NCBI GenBank assembly: GCA_027493545.1
Contig: JAOSKR010000003.1
Span: forward strand, 117,360 to 181,359
Length of the DNA stretch: 64,000 bases
Direction: 5' to 3'
Source: Roseovarius sp.
Lineage (GTDB): Bacteria; Pseudomonadota; Alphaproteobacteria; Rhodobacterales; Rhodobacteraceae
The notes under the pieces were generated by a model. That model worked only from the letters and a program-made list of their open reading frames with translations. It did not search any database and was not told the origin of the DNA. Positions 49,221-61,538 of the stretch are shown here, one piece after another (position 1 is the first letter of the stretch; each line of letters starts with the position of its first letter). The position numbers and the translations under genes are program-made.

Positions 49221-51968
49221 CTATCTCGCCTGCTTCTTCAGAAAGAGCATGGCCGCAGCAAGGATCACCGGCACCGCGAGTCCCATGGCCAGCATCGGCT
49301 GGATCATCTCGGCCAGACCGAAGGCCTTGGAAAATGCGCCGCGTGCGGCGGTGACGAACCAGGTCGTCGGGTAAATCGTCCCGATGACCTGACCAAAGCC
49401 GGCAAGCGAGGATACCGGGTCGATCAGCCCGGAATAGGAGATCGCCGGAATCAGGGTCAGAAGTGCCGTGGCAAACAGCGCCGCTACCGGCTGGCGATGA
49501 AGACCGAGACCAGAAAGCCAAGCGCGGTCGTCGCGGTGACATAGACCAGCGCGGCAAGGCTGAAGGCCGCCAGACTGCCGCTGAAGGGCACGCCGAACAG
49601 AAACCGCGCCATGCCCAGCATCAGAAAGAAGTTCAGCATCCCGATGACGATATAGGGCAGCTGCTTGCCGATCAGGAATTCGAACCGCGTCACCGGGGTG
49701 ACATAGAAATTGATGATCGAGCCCAGCTCCCTTTCCCGCGCGACCGAAAGCGTGGTCAGCATCGCCGGGATGATCAGCAGCAGGATCGGGATCACCGCCG
49801 GCACGATCGCGATGATCGAGAGCACATCAGGGTTATAGCGATAGCGCGTCACCAGCTTGAAATCGCCGGCAAGGGCGGCAGCGCCGAAGGCTTCGCGGAT
49901 GTGGCGCTGGATCCAGTCGGCATGCATGCCCTGCACATAGCCCTGAATTGTGGTGGCGCGCTGAGGGGCGGCGCCGTCATACCAGGCACCGACCTCGATA
50001 CTGCGGCCGCGCGCGATGTCGGAGGCAAAACCGGGCGGGATCTCGATGGCGAGGCTGATCCTGCCCGCCCGCATCCGCGCGTCCAGATCGTCGTAATCGG
50101 TCAGCGGCGGCTTTTCGATGAAATAGCGTGATCCGGCGATATTCTCGATGTAATCGCGGCTGGTGGTGGTCTGGTCGCGGTCAAGCGCGGCGAAGGACAG
50201 ATCCTCGACATCCATGTTGATGCCAAAACCGATCACGATCATCAGAAGCAGGCTGCCGATCAGCGCCATGGCAAGGCGGATGGGGTCGCGCCTGAGTTGC
50301 AGCGCCTCCAGCTGCGAATAGCTCAGCAAGCGGCGCAGGCTGAAGCGCGAGGGCGTTTCGGGCGCGGCCTCTACCCCGGTCTCGGGCACAGCGGGCGCGG
50401 GCGGCGGCGGCGCGGGCGAGGGTTCGCTTTCGCCGATGGCCTCTTCCAGATACTCGATGAATGCCGCTTCCAGCGTATCATGCCCCTTGGATGCGGCGAT
50501 CTCCTTCGCCGTCCCCGTGACCATCACATGGCCCGCATGCATCAGGCTGATGCGGTCGCACCATTCGGCCTCGTTCATGAAATGGGTCGAGACGAAGATC
50601 GTCACCCCGTCATTGCGCGACAGTTCTGCCAGAATGCGCCAGAATCCGTTGCGCGCCACCGGGTCAACGCCCGAGGTCGGCTCGTCCAGGATCAGGATTT
50701 CGGGGCCGTGGATCATCGCCACCGCCAGCGACAGGCGCTGGCGAATGCCGAGCGGCAGCGCATTGGGCATGCTGTGGGTGACGTCGCCCAGGCTGAAACG
50801 GTCGATCATCGCCTGCACGCGGGCGGGGATCGCGGACTCCTCCATCGAAAACAGCCGCGCATGCAGTTCCAGGTTCTGCAAAACCGTCAGTTCGGAATAA
50901 AGCGAGAACGCCTGAGACATGAAGCCCACGCGCCGACGCACGGCAAGGTTACGCGCGTCAACTTCATGGCCGAACAGCTTGGCATGGCCTTCGCTGGGTT
51001 CCAGCAGGCCGGTCAGCATCTTCATGGTCACGGTCTTGCCGCACCCGTTCGAGCCGAGAAACCCGAAAATCTCGCCGCGCCGGATGCGGAAGGAGACGTT
51101 GTCAACGGCGGTGAAGTCGCCGAAACGTCTGGTCAGGCCCTCCGCCTCGATGGCGATCTCGTCATTGCCGCCTTGGTATGGCGGGGATCACAAGGGTCGC
51201 GTCATCGCCGCGGTCTTCCTCGGGTAGCAGCGCGATGAAGGCCTCGTCCAGCGTCTTTGCACCGGTCTGCGCGAGCAGGGCATCGGGTGAATCCGCTGCC
51301 AGAACCCGGCCCGCGTTCATCGCCACCAGCCAGTCGAAATCCGCGGCCTCCTCCATATAGGCGGTGGCGGTGATCACGCTCATCTGCGGGCGGTCGCGGC
51401 TGATGCGGGCGATCAGGTCCCAGAACTGGCGCCGCGCCAGCGGATCGACGCCGGTTGTCGGCTCATCAAGGATCAGGAAATCGGGGTCGTGGATCAGCGC
51501 ACAGCACAGCCCCAGCTTCTGCTTCATGCCGCCTGACAGCTTGGCCGCCGGACGGTCACGAAACGGCAGCATGCCGGTTGCGCCCAGAAGGTCGTCGCTG
51601 CGCCGGGCACGCTCGGCCTTGCCATGGCCGAACAGGCTGCCGAAGAAATCCAGATTCTCCTGCACCGACAGCGTGGGGTAGAGGTTCTTGCCCAGGCCTT
51701 GCGGCATGTAAGCGATGCGCGGGCCGGCATGACGGCGGTGGCCGACGTCGCGCATGTCGCCGCCAAGGACATGCACCTCGCCCTGCTGGATCACCCGCGC
51801 CCCGGCCAGAAGCGACAGGAGGCTCGATTTGCCGACCCCGTCCGGGCCGATCAGCCCGACCATGCGACCAGCGGGAATATCCAGTGTCACATCATCGAGC
51901 GCCGTGACATGGCCATAGCGCAGAGAGAGGTCGCGGACACCGGCAACCGGCGCGCGATCCCCGGTCAT
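49221..51968 (-). pseudogene. RbbA/YhiH-like fused ABC protein (two ATPase domains + ABC-2 permease domain), two frameshifts
   Basis: The first ATPase ([22 protein letters not shown]) is in ORF 51162..51998. The second ATPase plus the permease ([22 protein letters not shown]) is in ORF 49484..51031. The last ~90 aa (…LFATALLTLIPAISYSGLIDP…LFLKKQAR-stop, cta 49221-49223) are in a third frame. Junctions are near 51170 and 49495. Confidence 0.8.
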
Positions 51969-53033
51969 TTCACGACATCGGTCAGAAAGCTCGGCCATTC
52001 GGCATTCGCATCCAGCCGGATATAGGCCATGCCGGGCAGGCCGGTCTTGACGTGGTCGATATGGCGGATCAGCAGTTCCGGCTCGATCCGGGCACGGACG
52101 CGGAACATGAGCTTTTCGCGCTCATCAGCGGTCTCGACGGTCTTGGGGGTGAATTGCGCCACATCGGCGACATAGGACACCGTGGCCGGGATCACCAGCT
52201 CCTGCGCCGCGTCCATCACCGGGCGCACATCCGAGCCGACTTGCACCCGCCCCGCCTGCGAGGTCGGCAGGAACACCGTCATGTAGACGTCGCCCAGATC
52301 GACAAGGCTGAGGATGCGCCCGCCCGAGCCCACGATCTCGCCCTCCTGCGCGATCAGATACTGGATCCGGCCGTCGCGGGGCGCCGTCAGGGTGGCGTCG
52401 TCAATGGTGGCGGTGATCGCGTCGATCGACGCTTTCGCGGCCTCGATCGACGCTTCGGCATCGACCACCGGGCCCTGGCGCTGCTGATTCCGGCCTGTGC
52501 GGCGGCACGCGAGGCCTCGGCCGAGGCCACCCCCGCCTTGGCCTGACGGTCGCGGGCCAGGTCATCATCCAGCACCTGCTGCGAGATGGTGTTCGAATCG
52601 ACCAGCCGGGCCGAGCGCGCGTAACGTTGCGCCGCGGCGTCCGCCACGGCCTGAGCCCGGTCGACGGCAGCGGCGGCGGCGCGTTCCTGCGCCTCGGCCT
52701 GCACGACCAGGGCGCCGGCGGTCTGGACCCCGATTTCGGCGCGCCGCAGCTGCGCCTCGGCCTGACGCCGCTGGGCATTGAGCTGGACGACATCCATCTG
52801 CACCAGCACATCGCCCTGCTTGACGAAATCACCCTCGGCTGCGGTGATCTCGGCGATGCGGCCACCGGTCAGCGCGGCAATGTCGATCTCGGTCGCCTCG
52901 ATCCGGCCGTTGGCTGCGGCGAAGCCGTCCGGCAGGTCGGGCGCCTGTAACCGCGTCCAGCCGAAATATCCGGCAAGGCCCGCGACCCGAGGATGATTAG
53001 AGGGGCAAATTTTCTGATATTCGATTTCGGCAT
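51965..53033 (-). pseudogene. HlyD-family membrane-fusion/adaptor protein (YhiI-like), two frameshifts
   Basis: MPKSNIRKFAPLIILG (ATG 53033), then LAGYFGWTRLQAPDLPDGFAAANGRIEATEIDIAAL...GDFVKQGDVLVQMD in a second frame (continuing in ORF 52387..52809). The C-terminal barrel is in ORF 51965..52468. Junctions are near 52985 and 52480. Confidence 0.8.
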
Positions 53034-53352
53034 TCCCAATTCCCCGGTCAAAGTCGTGCGCCCCGATGATCGGGGCCGGTGCGATGCGAATGCGCGTGGT
53101 CGTTCGTCAGGCGATCGGATGGAATTTCCGGTCCCGATATGTCAGCATCCGATGACAAGATGGGCGCCGCGGGCGATGTGGTACAAGAGATGCGACAGGA
53201 CGCCGCGATGTAGCATCCCTTGGCTGCAGCGACAAGTGCCAGACTGATCTGTCCCCGTGCAGCATCTTTGCCGGCAGTGCTTTCAGCTCGGCATCCGGCA
53301 TGGCCGGCAACGCCGGGTGCCGCAGCGCCACTCGCATTGTCACGAACCCGTT

Positions 53353-53496
53353 TCACCAAGGACAGTGACGCTGCCCCCTGTGCCGCGCAGGGGCCGCGCC
53401 ACCCGGCGAGAGCGGGAACCGGACGTGGAGCATCACCGCCGGGCGGATGATCTCCCGGCTGTTCATGAAGTACCTGAAGGGCGCGCGTATCGTCAT
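53353..53496 (-). mobile_element. second IS6-family transposase gene remnant (N-terminal ~40 codons)
   Basis: The reverse strand from ATG 53496 reads MTIRAPFRYFMNSREIIRPAVMLHVRFPLS..., then loses similarity. It has the same orientation as the remnant at 31928-32130, and a similar G-rich leader (GGCAGGG(C/T)AGGG on the plus strand) adjoins both ATGs. The rest of the 53034-53570 gap has no credible ORF. Confidence 0.45.
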
Positions 53497-53570
53497 GCGG
53501 GCAGGGTAGGGGGTGGTCAGCCGGGCTCAGGATGGGTTCTTCTGACAGGGTCGGCCGGACTCCCCCCGTC

Positions 53571-55219
53571 TCAGGGCTCGGTCGCGACCTTTGTCGCACG
53601 CGCCTCCAGAACTCCTGTGAGCCAGTCGGGGTCCATTTCGGGCACCGAGGACAGCAGCAGTTCGGTATAGGGATGATGCGGTGGCTGGAACATCTCGTCT
53701 TTCGGGCCCTGCTCGACCACGCGGCCGTTCTGCATCACCACCACTTCGTCGGCGATCGCGCGCACGGTGGCGAGGTCGTGGGTGATGAACATGTAGCCCA
53801 GCGAAAACTCCGATTGCAGCCGGTCGAGGAGTTTCAGGATGCCTTCCGCCACCAGTTGATCCAGCGCCGAGGTGACCTCGTCGCAGATGATGAACTTCGG
53901 CTCCGCGGCAAGGGCGCGGGCGATGCCGATCCTCTGCTTCTGGCCGCCCGAGAGCTCCGAGGGCAGGCGGTCGATATAGGTGTCGGGGTCCAGTTCGATC
54001 AGGTTCAGAAGGTCGCGGATGCGCTCGGTCAGCGCCTTGCCGCGAAGACCCAGATACATCTGCGCGGGGCGGCCGATCAGTTCGCGCAACCGCAACTTCG
54101 GATTGAGCGCGGTATCGGCCATCTGATAGATCATCTGCACCTGGCGCAGCTGATCCCGGCTGCGGCTCCGATAGGCTTTGGGCAGCGGTGCTCCGTCGAG
54201 CAGGATCCGGCCCTGGCGCGGCGGCAACAGCCCGGTGATCACGCGGGCCGCGGTGGATTTGCCGCTGCCGCTCTCGCCGACGACCGCGACGGTCCTGCCG
54301 CGGTGGATGTCGAAGCTGACGTCCTTGAGGATTTCGATGCTGCCATACCCGGCCGTCACGCCCCGCACCGAGACCATCGGCACCGTGTCATCGGGTATCG
54401 GCGATCGTTCGGGCCGGGCGTGGGTTCTCACCGCCCAGAGCGATTTCGTGTAGGCCTCGCGCGGGTTGGCCAGCATGGTGCGGGTCTCGGCTTCCTCGAC
54501 CTCGCAGCCCTTGAGCAGCACCTTGATCCGGTCGGCCATCTGCGCCACGATCGCCAGATCGTGCGAGATGTACATGGCGGCGGTGTCGAACTGCGCGACG
54601 ATGTCGCGGATCGCCGCCAGCACCTCGATCTGGGTGGTCACGTCGAGCGCGGTGGTGGGCTCGTCGAAGATGATGAGGTCCGGCCGGCACGACATCGCCA
54701 TCGCCGTCATCGCCCGCTGCAGCTGCCCGCCCGAGACCTGGTGCGGATAGCGGAAACCGATCTCCTCGGGGTTCGGCAGGCGCATCCGGCGATAGAGTTC
54801 GATCGCGTCGCGCTCGGCCTCGGCCCGGCCCATGACGCCGTGCTTGACCGGTGCCTCGGCATACTGGTCGATGAGCCTGTGCGCCGGGTTGAAACTGGCC
54901 GCGGCCGACTGGGCGACATAGGCGATGCGTTTGCCGCGCAGGCGGCGGCGCTTGTCTTTGATGCCTTGATCAGGTCGATGCCGTCAAAGTCGATGCTTCC
55001 GCCGGTGATCCGGCAGCCGCCGCGGACAAAACCCATCGCGGCAAGCCCCAGAGTGGATTTGCCGGCGCCACTCTCACCGATCAGCCCCAGCACCTCGCCC
55101 CTGTTCAGCGTGATGTTGACGCCCTTGATGATCGGCGTCCAGGTCTCGTCCGAGCGGCCCTCGATATGGATGTCGCGGATTGTCAGGAGGGCGGGCCTGG
55201 CGGCGGCTGCGTCGGTCAT
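53571..55219 (-). pseudogene. fused double ATP-binding protein of a Dpp/Opp-type ABC transporter, one frameshift
   Basis: The first Walker A GESGAGKSTL is in ORF 54707..55219. The remainder, with the signatures VSGGQLQRAMTAMAM / LSGGQKQRIGIARAL and the second Walker A GESGSGKST, is in ORF 53571..54833. The junction is near 54960. Confidence 0.85.
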
Positions 55220-55223
55220 CCGC

Positions 55224-56147
55224 TCACTCCTTCAGTCCGCTGGCGCGGTCGAGCATCCAGTCCACCACGAAGTTCACCGCGACCGTCAAAAGGGCGATCG
55301 CACCCGCGGGCAGAAGCGGAGTGACGTTGCCAAAGGTGATGAGCGCGGCATTGTCGCGCACCATCGACCCCCAGTCGGCGGTGGGCGGCTGGATGCCTAC
55401 GCCAAGGAAGCTGAGCGCCGCGATCGTGAGAAACACGAAGCAGAATCTGAGCCCGAATTCGGCCACCAGAGGTGCCATCGCATTGGGCAGGATCTCCCGC
55501 ATGATCAGCCGCCACAGCCCCTCGCCCCTGAGCTTCGCGGCCTCGATGTAGTCCATCACCACGATATTCATCGCCACCGACCGCGCCAGCCGGAACACGC
55601 GCGTCGAGTCGATCACCGCGATCACGAGGACCAGCGTCACGATCGAGGTGCCGAAGATCGCCAGAAGCAGAAGCGAGAAGATCAGGGACGGGATCGACAT
55701 CAGGACATCGACGATCCGGCTCAGCACCTGGTCGAGCCAGCTGCCGACGGTCGCCGCCAGAAGCCCCGGGATCGCCCCGAGGACGAAGGCGAGCGCGGTC
55801 GTGGCAAAGGCGATGCCGACCGTGTTGCGCGCGCCGTAGACGAGGCGCGAGAACATGTCGCGCCCCAGATTGTCGGTGCCCAGAAGATGCGTCGCGTCCC
55901 AGGGCAGGAACTGAGCGCCCACGATCTCGCGCTCGGCAAAGGGGGCGATCAGCGGCGCGAAGACAGCCACGAAAACGTAGATCAGGATGACCAGCATTCC
56001 GAATCCGGCCGAAACCGGCGCGGTCCTGAGAAGCTTCTCGGCCCGTCCCCGGCTGAGGATGCGCGCGACGGAAAGAAAGAGCCGCCCTGCCGCCACGGCG
56101 GCGACGACCGCGACCGCGACCCACAAGAGGTTGATCAGAACGTTCAT
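55224..56147 (-). CDS. Dpp/Opp-type ABC transporter permease (DppC-like)
   Basis: 307 aa with ...HLLGTDNLGRDMFSRLVYGARN... and the EAA-type loop YIEAAKLRGEGLWRLIMREILPN. Confidence 0.85.
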   Translation of the reverse strand: MNVLINLLWVAVAVVAAVAAGRLFLSVARILSRGRAEKLLRTAPVSAGFGMLVILIYVFVAVFAPLIAPFAEREIVGAQFLPWDATHLLGTDNLGRDMFSRLVYGARNTVGIAFATTALAFVLGAIPGLLAATVGSWLDQVLSRIVDVLMSIPSLIFSLLLLAIFGTSIVTLVLVIAVIDSTRVFRLARSVAMNIVVMDYIEAAKLRGEGLWRLIMREILPNAMAPLVAEFGLRFCFVFLTIAALSFLGVGIQPPTADWGSMVRDNAALITFGNVTPLLPAGAIALLTVAVNFVVDWMLDRASGLKE

Positions 56148-56160
56148 CGGACCGCGCTCC

Positions 56161-57113
56161 TCAGGTACGGTGGATCAGCCGCGGGTTCGACAGGGTCGAA
56201 AGCACATCCGCCATCAGGTTGAGCAGCACATAGGCGGCGGCGAAGAGCAGCGCGACGGCCTGCACGACCGGAATGTCGCGTTTGGACACGCTGTCAACCA
56301 TCAGCTGACCGAGGCCCGGGTAGACAAAGACCACCTCGACCACCACGACGCCGGTGATCAGATAGGCGAGGTTCAGCGCGACGACCGTGACGATCGGCGC
56401 GAACGCGTTCGGCAGCGCGTGATGCAGGATCACCCGCATCGGCTTCATGCCCTTGAGCTGCGCCATCTCGATATAGGGTGAGGCGAGAAGGTTGATGATC
56501 GCCGCCCGGGTCATCCGCATCATGTGCGCGGTCACGACGAGTGTCAGCGTCAGGGCCGGCAGGAAGGTTCGGTAGGCCATCTCGCCCCAGCTGGTTTCGG
56601 GGTCCACCCGCGCCATCGACGGAAAGAGCCCCGACTGCGCCAGCACGAAGATCAGGATGTAGGCGACGAAGAATTCCGGGAAGGAGATGGAGGTCAGCGC
56701 CATTGCGTTCGCCCCCGGTCGAACCAGGTGTTGCGAAAGAGCGCTGCCAGCACCCCGAGGATCAGCGACAGCGGCACCGATATCGCCGCCGCATAGAGCG
56801 CGAGAAAGAGCGTGTTGCCGAGCCGCGTCGCGATCAGATCCGCAATAGGCCGCTTGTTGGCGAGCGAGGTGCCGAAATCGCCCTGCACCGCACCCATGAG
56901 CCAGTTGACGTAGCGCGTGTGCGCGGGCAGATCGAGCCCGAGTTCCCTCTGGAATGCCGCCACCGTTTCCTCGGTCGCCGACTGGCCGAGAATCGCCCGG
57001 GCCAGATCACCCGGCAGCATCTCCGTCGCCAGAAAAATGAGGATTGAAATCGCGAACAGCGTCAGGAGGCCAAGCCCCGGGCGCTTGGCGATCATGATCC
57101 AGATCGTGGGCAT
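56161..57113 (-). pseudogene. Dpp/Opp-type ABC transporter permease (DppB-like), one frameshift
   Basis: The N-terminus MPTIWIMIAKRPGLGLLTLFAISILIFLATEMLPGD is in ORF 56694..57113. The rest (…YIEMAQLKGMKPMRVILHHALPNAFAP…) is in ORF 56161..56703. The junction is near 56705. Confidence 0.85.
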
Positions 57114-57478
57114 TCCTCAACCTCGGTTCTTTCGTTGAAGGCTGTGTGCGTCTGAAACAGCGCTAGGAATCCATCAAACATCAGTTGTCGCTATACCGCA
57201 AATATTCTTTCATATTAATCAGCTGTGTGTGCCCATAACGCCGGCGAGCGGATCAGACGGATCAAGGACGCATCCGTCAGGCAATCACTGCACCCATCGC
57301 GTTCCTGGCACGCTTCGCCGCACCCGGCGCCGGCGTTCAGGGCCACGAGGGCGCGCGCGGCTTTCCGCGACAAATTCCGGGGCCTCATCGCGGTATCCTC
57401 TGGTTGCGCCCGGCATGTGGAGCGACATGGCCTCCGAGCCAGCGGCATGGCCTGCCCCGAACCGCGCAAGAGCCGGGT

Positions 57479-59903
57479 CTATGCCCGGATGCGACTGCCG
57501 CCGGGGTCGTAGGCGCAGCGGTCGATGGCCGTCGCCCGACTGCGCCGGCCGAAGGCCTCGATCTCCACCTCTCGCAGCGCCATATCGTCGCCCGCGAGAT
57601 AGGCGAAGACGATCGGCGCGCCGATGGTATGGCCGAAGTCGCCGCTCGTCGTCATGCCGACGACGCGGCCGTCCGCGATCACGGCCTCCGATCCGTAGAC
57701 TGGCAGGGGATCGTCGAGGCGGAACTGCATCAGCTTGCGGGTTGGGCCTGATTCGCGCTGCGTGAGAAGCGCGTCGCGGCCAAGGAAGTCGCCCTTCTTC
57801 CACGCCACGGCAAAGCCCAGCCCGGACTCGAGCGGGCTGTCGTCCGGGGTAATGTCGGCGCCCCAGTAGAGATAACCCTTTTCCATCCTGAGGCTCGAAA
57901 TCGCCTTGTAGCCGGCATTGACGATGCCGAGCGCCTCACCCACCTGCCAGAGTCGTTCGTAGACATGGGCCGCATATTCGGGCGCGACATAGATCTCCCA
58001 TCCAAGCTCGCCCACATAGGTGAGACGCGCGGCCATCGCCGGCGCCCAGCCGATATGCAGGTCGCGGCAGGTCATGTAAGGAAAGGCGTTGTTGTCGACA
58101 TCGCCCTCGGCCGCCCCCGCCAGCACCTCGCGGGCGCGCGGTCCGCAGATGTTGATGACCGCAAGCGCAGAGGTCACGTCGCCAAGCGTCACCGATCCGT
58201 CCTGCGGCATCAGACGCGCAATCCGCTCGCCGTCACGGGTGCCGAAGGCCGATCCGGTGACGACCAGGAACCGTTCTTCCTCGCGCCGCATGATGGTGAG
58301 GTCGGCCTCTATCCCGCCTCTCTCGTTCAGAAGCTGGGTGTAGACGACCGATCCCGGCGCGCGGTCCACGTTGCCGGCGGCGAGCCAGTTCAGGTAGCGC
58401 GCCGCGCCCGGCCCGGTCACCTCGAACTTGGAAAACGAGGACTGGTCGATCAGCGCCACGTTCTCGCGGATCGCCCGGCATTCGCGGCCGACCACCCCGG
58501 CCAAGGGCGCGCGCTCGAAGGTCTCGACCTCCGGCCGCGCCTCGCCGGGGCGGAGAAAGAAGTTCGCCCGCTCCCAGCCGAATTTCGTGCCCATCACCGC
58601 GCCGCGAGAGACGAGCATGTCGTACAACGTCGAACGCCGCAGCGGCCGGCAGGCGCTGCGCTCCTCTTCCGGCCGGGCGATGGCGTAGTATTTCGAATAG
58701 GCCTCGATCGCGCTCTGGCACAGATAGCCAAGCCCGGTATGCGGTCGGCCAAAGCGGCGCAGGTCGAACGCCCAGAGGTCCATTCCGGGATCGCCGTCGA
58801 GAATCCAGTGGCTCATCGCGCGCCCCGCCCCACCCGAGGCCGCTATGCCCGACGTGAAGCCGCAGGCGACAAAGAAGTTGTCGAACGGGCTGGCAAGCCC
58901 CATCACCGGCTCGCCATCGGCCGAGATCGGGATCGGGCCGTTGACGACGCTGCGGATGCCCAGCTCGTTCAGGATCGGAATCCGCGCCGCCGCCCCCTCG
59001 ACCACCTCAGCGATGCGGTCGAGTTCGCCCCCGAACAGCTCCTGCCCAAAGGCCATCGGCAGCTTGCCCCGCTCGAAGACGGCGCGGGTCTCCTTCTCCC
59101 AGCCGCCGATCGCCATCGCACCGGGCTCCGGCTTGACGTAGAAATTCGCGTCCGGGTCGCGCAGCGTCGGCAGGTCGCCGGGCACACGCGGCGACTTCTC
59201 GGTGACGAGATACTGATGCTCGACCACCGTCACGGGGGAGCTGGATCCCCGCCATCTCGCCCAGCTGCCTTGCCCAGAGACCCGCGGCGTTCACAACCAC
59301 CTCGCAGCCGACCGGGCCCTGGGCCGTCTCCACCGCCACGATGCGACGGCCGGCGGTCTTCAACCCGGTGACGGCGAGATCCTCGATGATCCGCACACCG
59401 CCCGCCCGGGCACCTTTCGCATAGGCCTGGGTCAGCGAATAGGGATCGACATAGCCATCGCTGGCGATCCAGGTCGCGCCGCGCAGACCTTTGGTCTCCG
59501 CCAGCGGAAAGAGCCGGCGCACCTCGTCGGGGCCGATCAGCTCCATCCCGAATCCGTAACTCCTGGCTGCGGTCGCGGCACGCTTCAACTCCTCCCAGCG
59601 CGCGTCCGAGGCAGCCAGCCTGAGGCTGCCGACGTTGCGCCAGCCGACATCCTGGCCCGTTTCCGCCCCGATCCGTGCGCAGAGATCGGCGCTGTACTGC
59701 ATCAGGCGGGTCAGGTTCACCTTGCTGCGCAACTGGCCCATCAGCCCGGCCGCGTGCCAGGTCGCGCCCGAGGTGAGCTTGCCCTTGTCGAGCAGGAGTA
59801 CATCGCGTTCTCCCGCAAGGGCGAGGTGATAGGCGATGGATGTGCCGATGGCGCCGCCGCCAACGATGACGATGCGGGCGTGGCTTGGTGGTGTCCTGGT
59901 CAA
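57479..59903 (-). pseudogene. FAD-dependent oxidoreductase with a GcvT-type folate-binding C-terminal domain (dimethylglycine/sarcosine dehydrogenase-like), one frameshift
   Basis: The N-terminus ARIVIVGGGAIGTSIAYHLA is in ORF 59007..59903. The rest, including the aminomethyltransferase-like part (…IDQSSFSKFEVTG…YVGELGWEIYV…), is in ORF 57479..59233. The junction is near 59235. Confidence 0.85.
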
Positions 59904-59915
59904 GGTCGGGTTCCC

Positions 59916-61437
59916 TCAGGCGGTCGGGACTGCGCGACGGCGGGCGGTGACCCGCCGTTCGCGCCGGCGTCCGCCATCCATGACACGTGGGGTCCATCCC
60001 TCATAGGGGCCGGAGTCGCCCGCCACGATGTTCGGAAAAGCGGCGCGGATACGGGCGTCCGTCTCGGAGTCGAGCCGGGCACGATTGGGCGTGGCGAGGA
60101 TCGCCATCGCCTTGTCGAGGGCGCGGTCGTGGATCGGATGCGATCCCTTCTCCACCCAGGTCTCGCGCAACTGCCGGTCGGCAAGATCGGGCATGAAGGT
60201 CGCGCTCATCATGTCGCGCAGCGTCATCGGCGCGTCGGCGAACATACCCGCGGGCCCGATCCGCTTGATGTCCTCCAGTGCGATGGCGTCTTCGGAGAAC
60301 TCGACCCCCCGCGCACCTGCTTGATCATCCGTGCGATCTCGTCGTCAATCGCCACCTGACCGAAATCGAAGGACATGAGCGCATCGAGAAGCCCGCCCAT
60401 GACGATGAAATCGACGCCCGACAATGCACCAAGCATCGGCGACATGCCCTTTTCGAAACCCGCCCGGGCATCGCAGACCTTGGAATTGGTCAGGCCGAGA
60501 TAGCCGCCCGCCGGCACGTTGTAGAAGCGCGCCATCTGGCAGACGAGCGCGTTCATCATGCCGACCTCGATCGCGCCCGGCGCATAGGCGCCGTCGCGCA
60601 GGTCGGCGAAGACCGGCAGGAAGTTGTAGATCTGCTCGGTCCCCGGACGCGACATCTGCGCCGGGCAGGCGGCGGCGAGCCATTCGGCGTTGATCAACGC
60701 CAGCATGCCGGGCAGCGACAGCGGCGTGTTGATCCCGCCCATCGGCGCCACCGTGCCATAGGCGGTCACGCCGTTCTCGGCAAAGAACATCAGGTTCTCG
60801 GTGCTGTCGAAATCCATCGTCAGCGGGGTCACGATCGAACAATAGCCGAAATTGATGAACGGCCGTTCCCAGAACGCCTCCGGTGAACCGGCGATCAGTT
60901 CGCCGAGCCGCAGCACCTTCGCCGCCTCCTCGGGGTTGAGAACCGAGGTGCGCACCGGCTTCAGACAGTTCTTCAGCGCCGGATAGAAGCGCGAAAGGTT
61001 GAAATGCCCCTCGGGTGCATCATCGGCGAGGACCGAGATCGAGAACACGTCGAAGCCGTCGAGTTCGTTCACCACATGGCCGATCCGCGCGATGTCGTGC
61101 GAGGTCGCGCGCCGGGTGACGCCGGTGACGGGATCGACGATATCGGGGGCCGAGCTTGCCGTCGCGATCACCGGCAGCTTGCGCGGGAAGGTCACGTCGC
61201 GGGCCGGGTCGCGCCCCTCAGCGTGATCGTCGGCGGCACCATGGCGCGATACTTCTCGACGATGTCGGCGGGCAGCCGCACCCGCTCGTTCGCCTCGTCG
61301 ACCCGCGCGCCGTGCTCGGCGAAGCGCCGCCGCGCCTTCTGGCTCCGCACCAAAAGCCCGACTTCCTCGAGAATCTCCAGCGAGGCTTCGTGGACGCGGC
61401 GTATTTCTGATGGCTCGAGATAGCTGAAGAACTGCAT
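59916..61437 (-). pseudogene. trimethylamine-methyltransferase (MttB) superfamily protein, non-pyrrolysine type, two frameshifts
   Basis: MQFFSYLEPSEIRRVHEASLEILEEVGLLV (ORF 61192..61437), the body in ORF 60224..61195, and the tail in ORF 59916..60245. One junction is at the C4 run 61214-61217 (restores ...TLRGRDPARDVTFPRKL...). The other is near 60300. No in-frame TAG: the frame breaks end in TGA. Confidence 0.8.
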
Positions 61438-61510
61438 GATGACCCCATCGGCATTCGCCGCAACCCTAGCATCCGGCCGGGCTTGCCAACAAACAGCATC
61501 TGCTGCTATC

Positions 61511-61533
61511 TCGCATAAGCAGAGCCTATGCGA
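61511..61533. promoter_or_regulatory. LysR-type (T-N11-A-like) inverted repeat in the mttB / lysR divergent region
   Basis: TCGCATA-agcagagcc-TATGCGA is a perfect 7-bp inverted repeat (61511-61517 / 61527-61533). It ends 6 nt before the LysR ATG, within the 101-nt gap between the divergent genes. Confidence 0.45.
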
Positions 61534-61538
61534 AACCC

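Noticed and set aside
31928-53496. The 21-kb segment between the two IS6 remnants as a recent IS26-like composite transposon or translocatable unit.
   Set aside because: The two remnants are only roughly 70 percent identical at the DNA level by eye. Both are truncated after 40-55 codons, and I could not identify matching terminal inverted repeats or target-site duplications. This is kept only as evidence of old IS6 activity.
57306-57319. Sigma-54-like TGGCAC-N-...GC motif in the 365-nt gap upstream of the dppB-like gene.
   Set aside because: It is on the plus strand and points into the antisense of the DMGDH-like gene. The -12 element is absent at the correct spacing (GG-N10-GC is not satisfied).
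59916-61437. Possible pyrrolysine (in-frame UAG) in the MttB-family gene.
   Set aside because: The frame breaks end in TGA and are explained by single-base shifts (for example the C4 run 61214-61217). No in-frame TAG occurs at the position expected for Pyl-type MttB.
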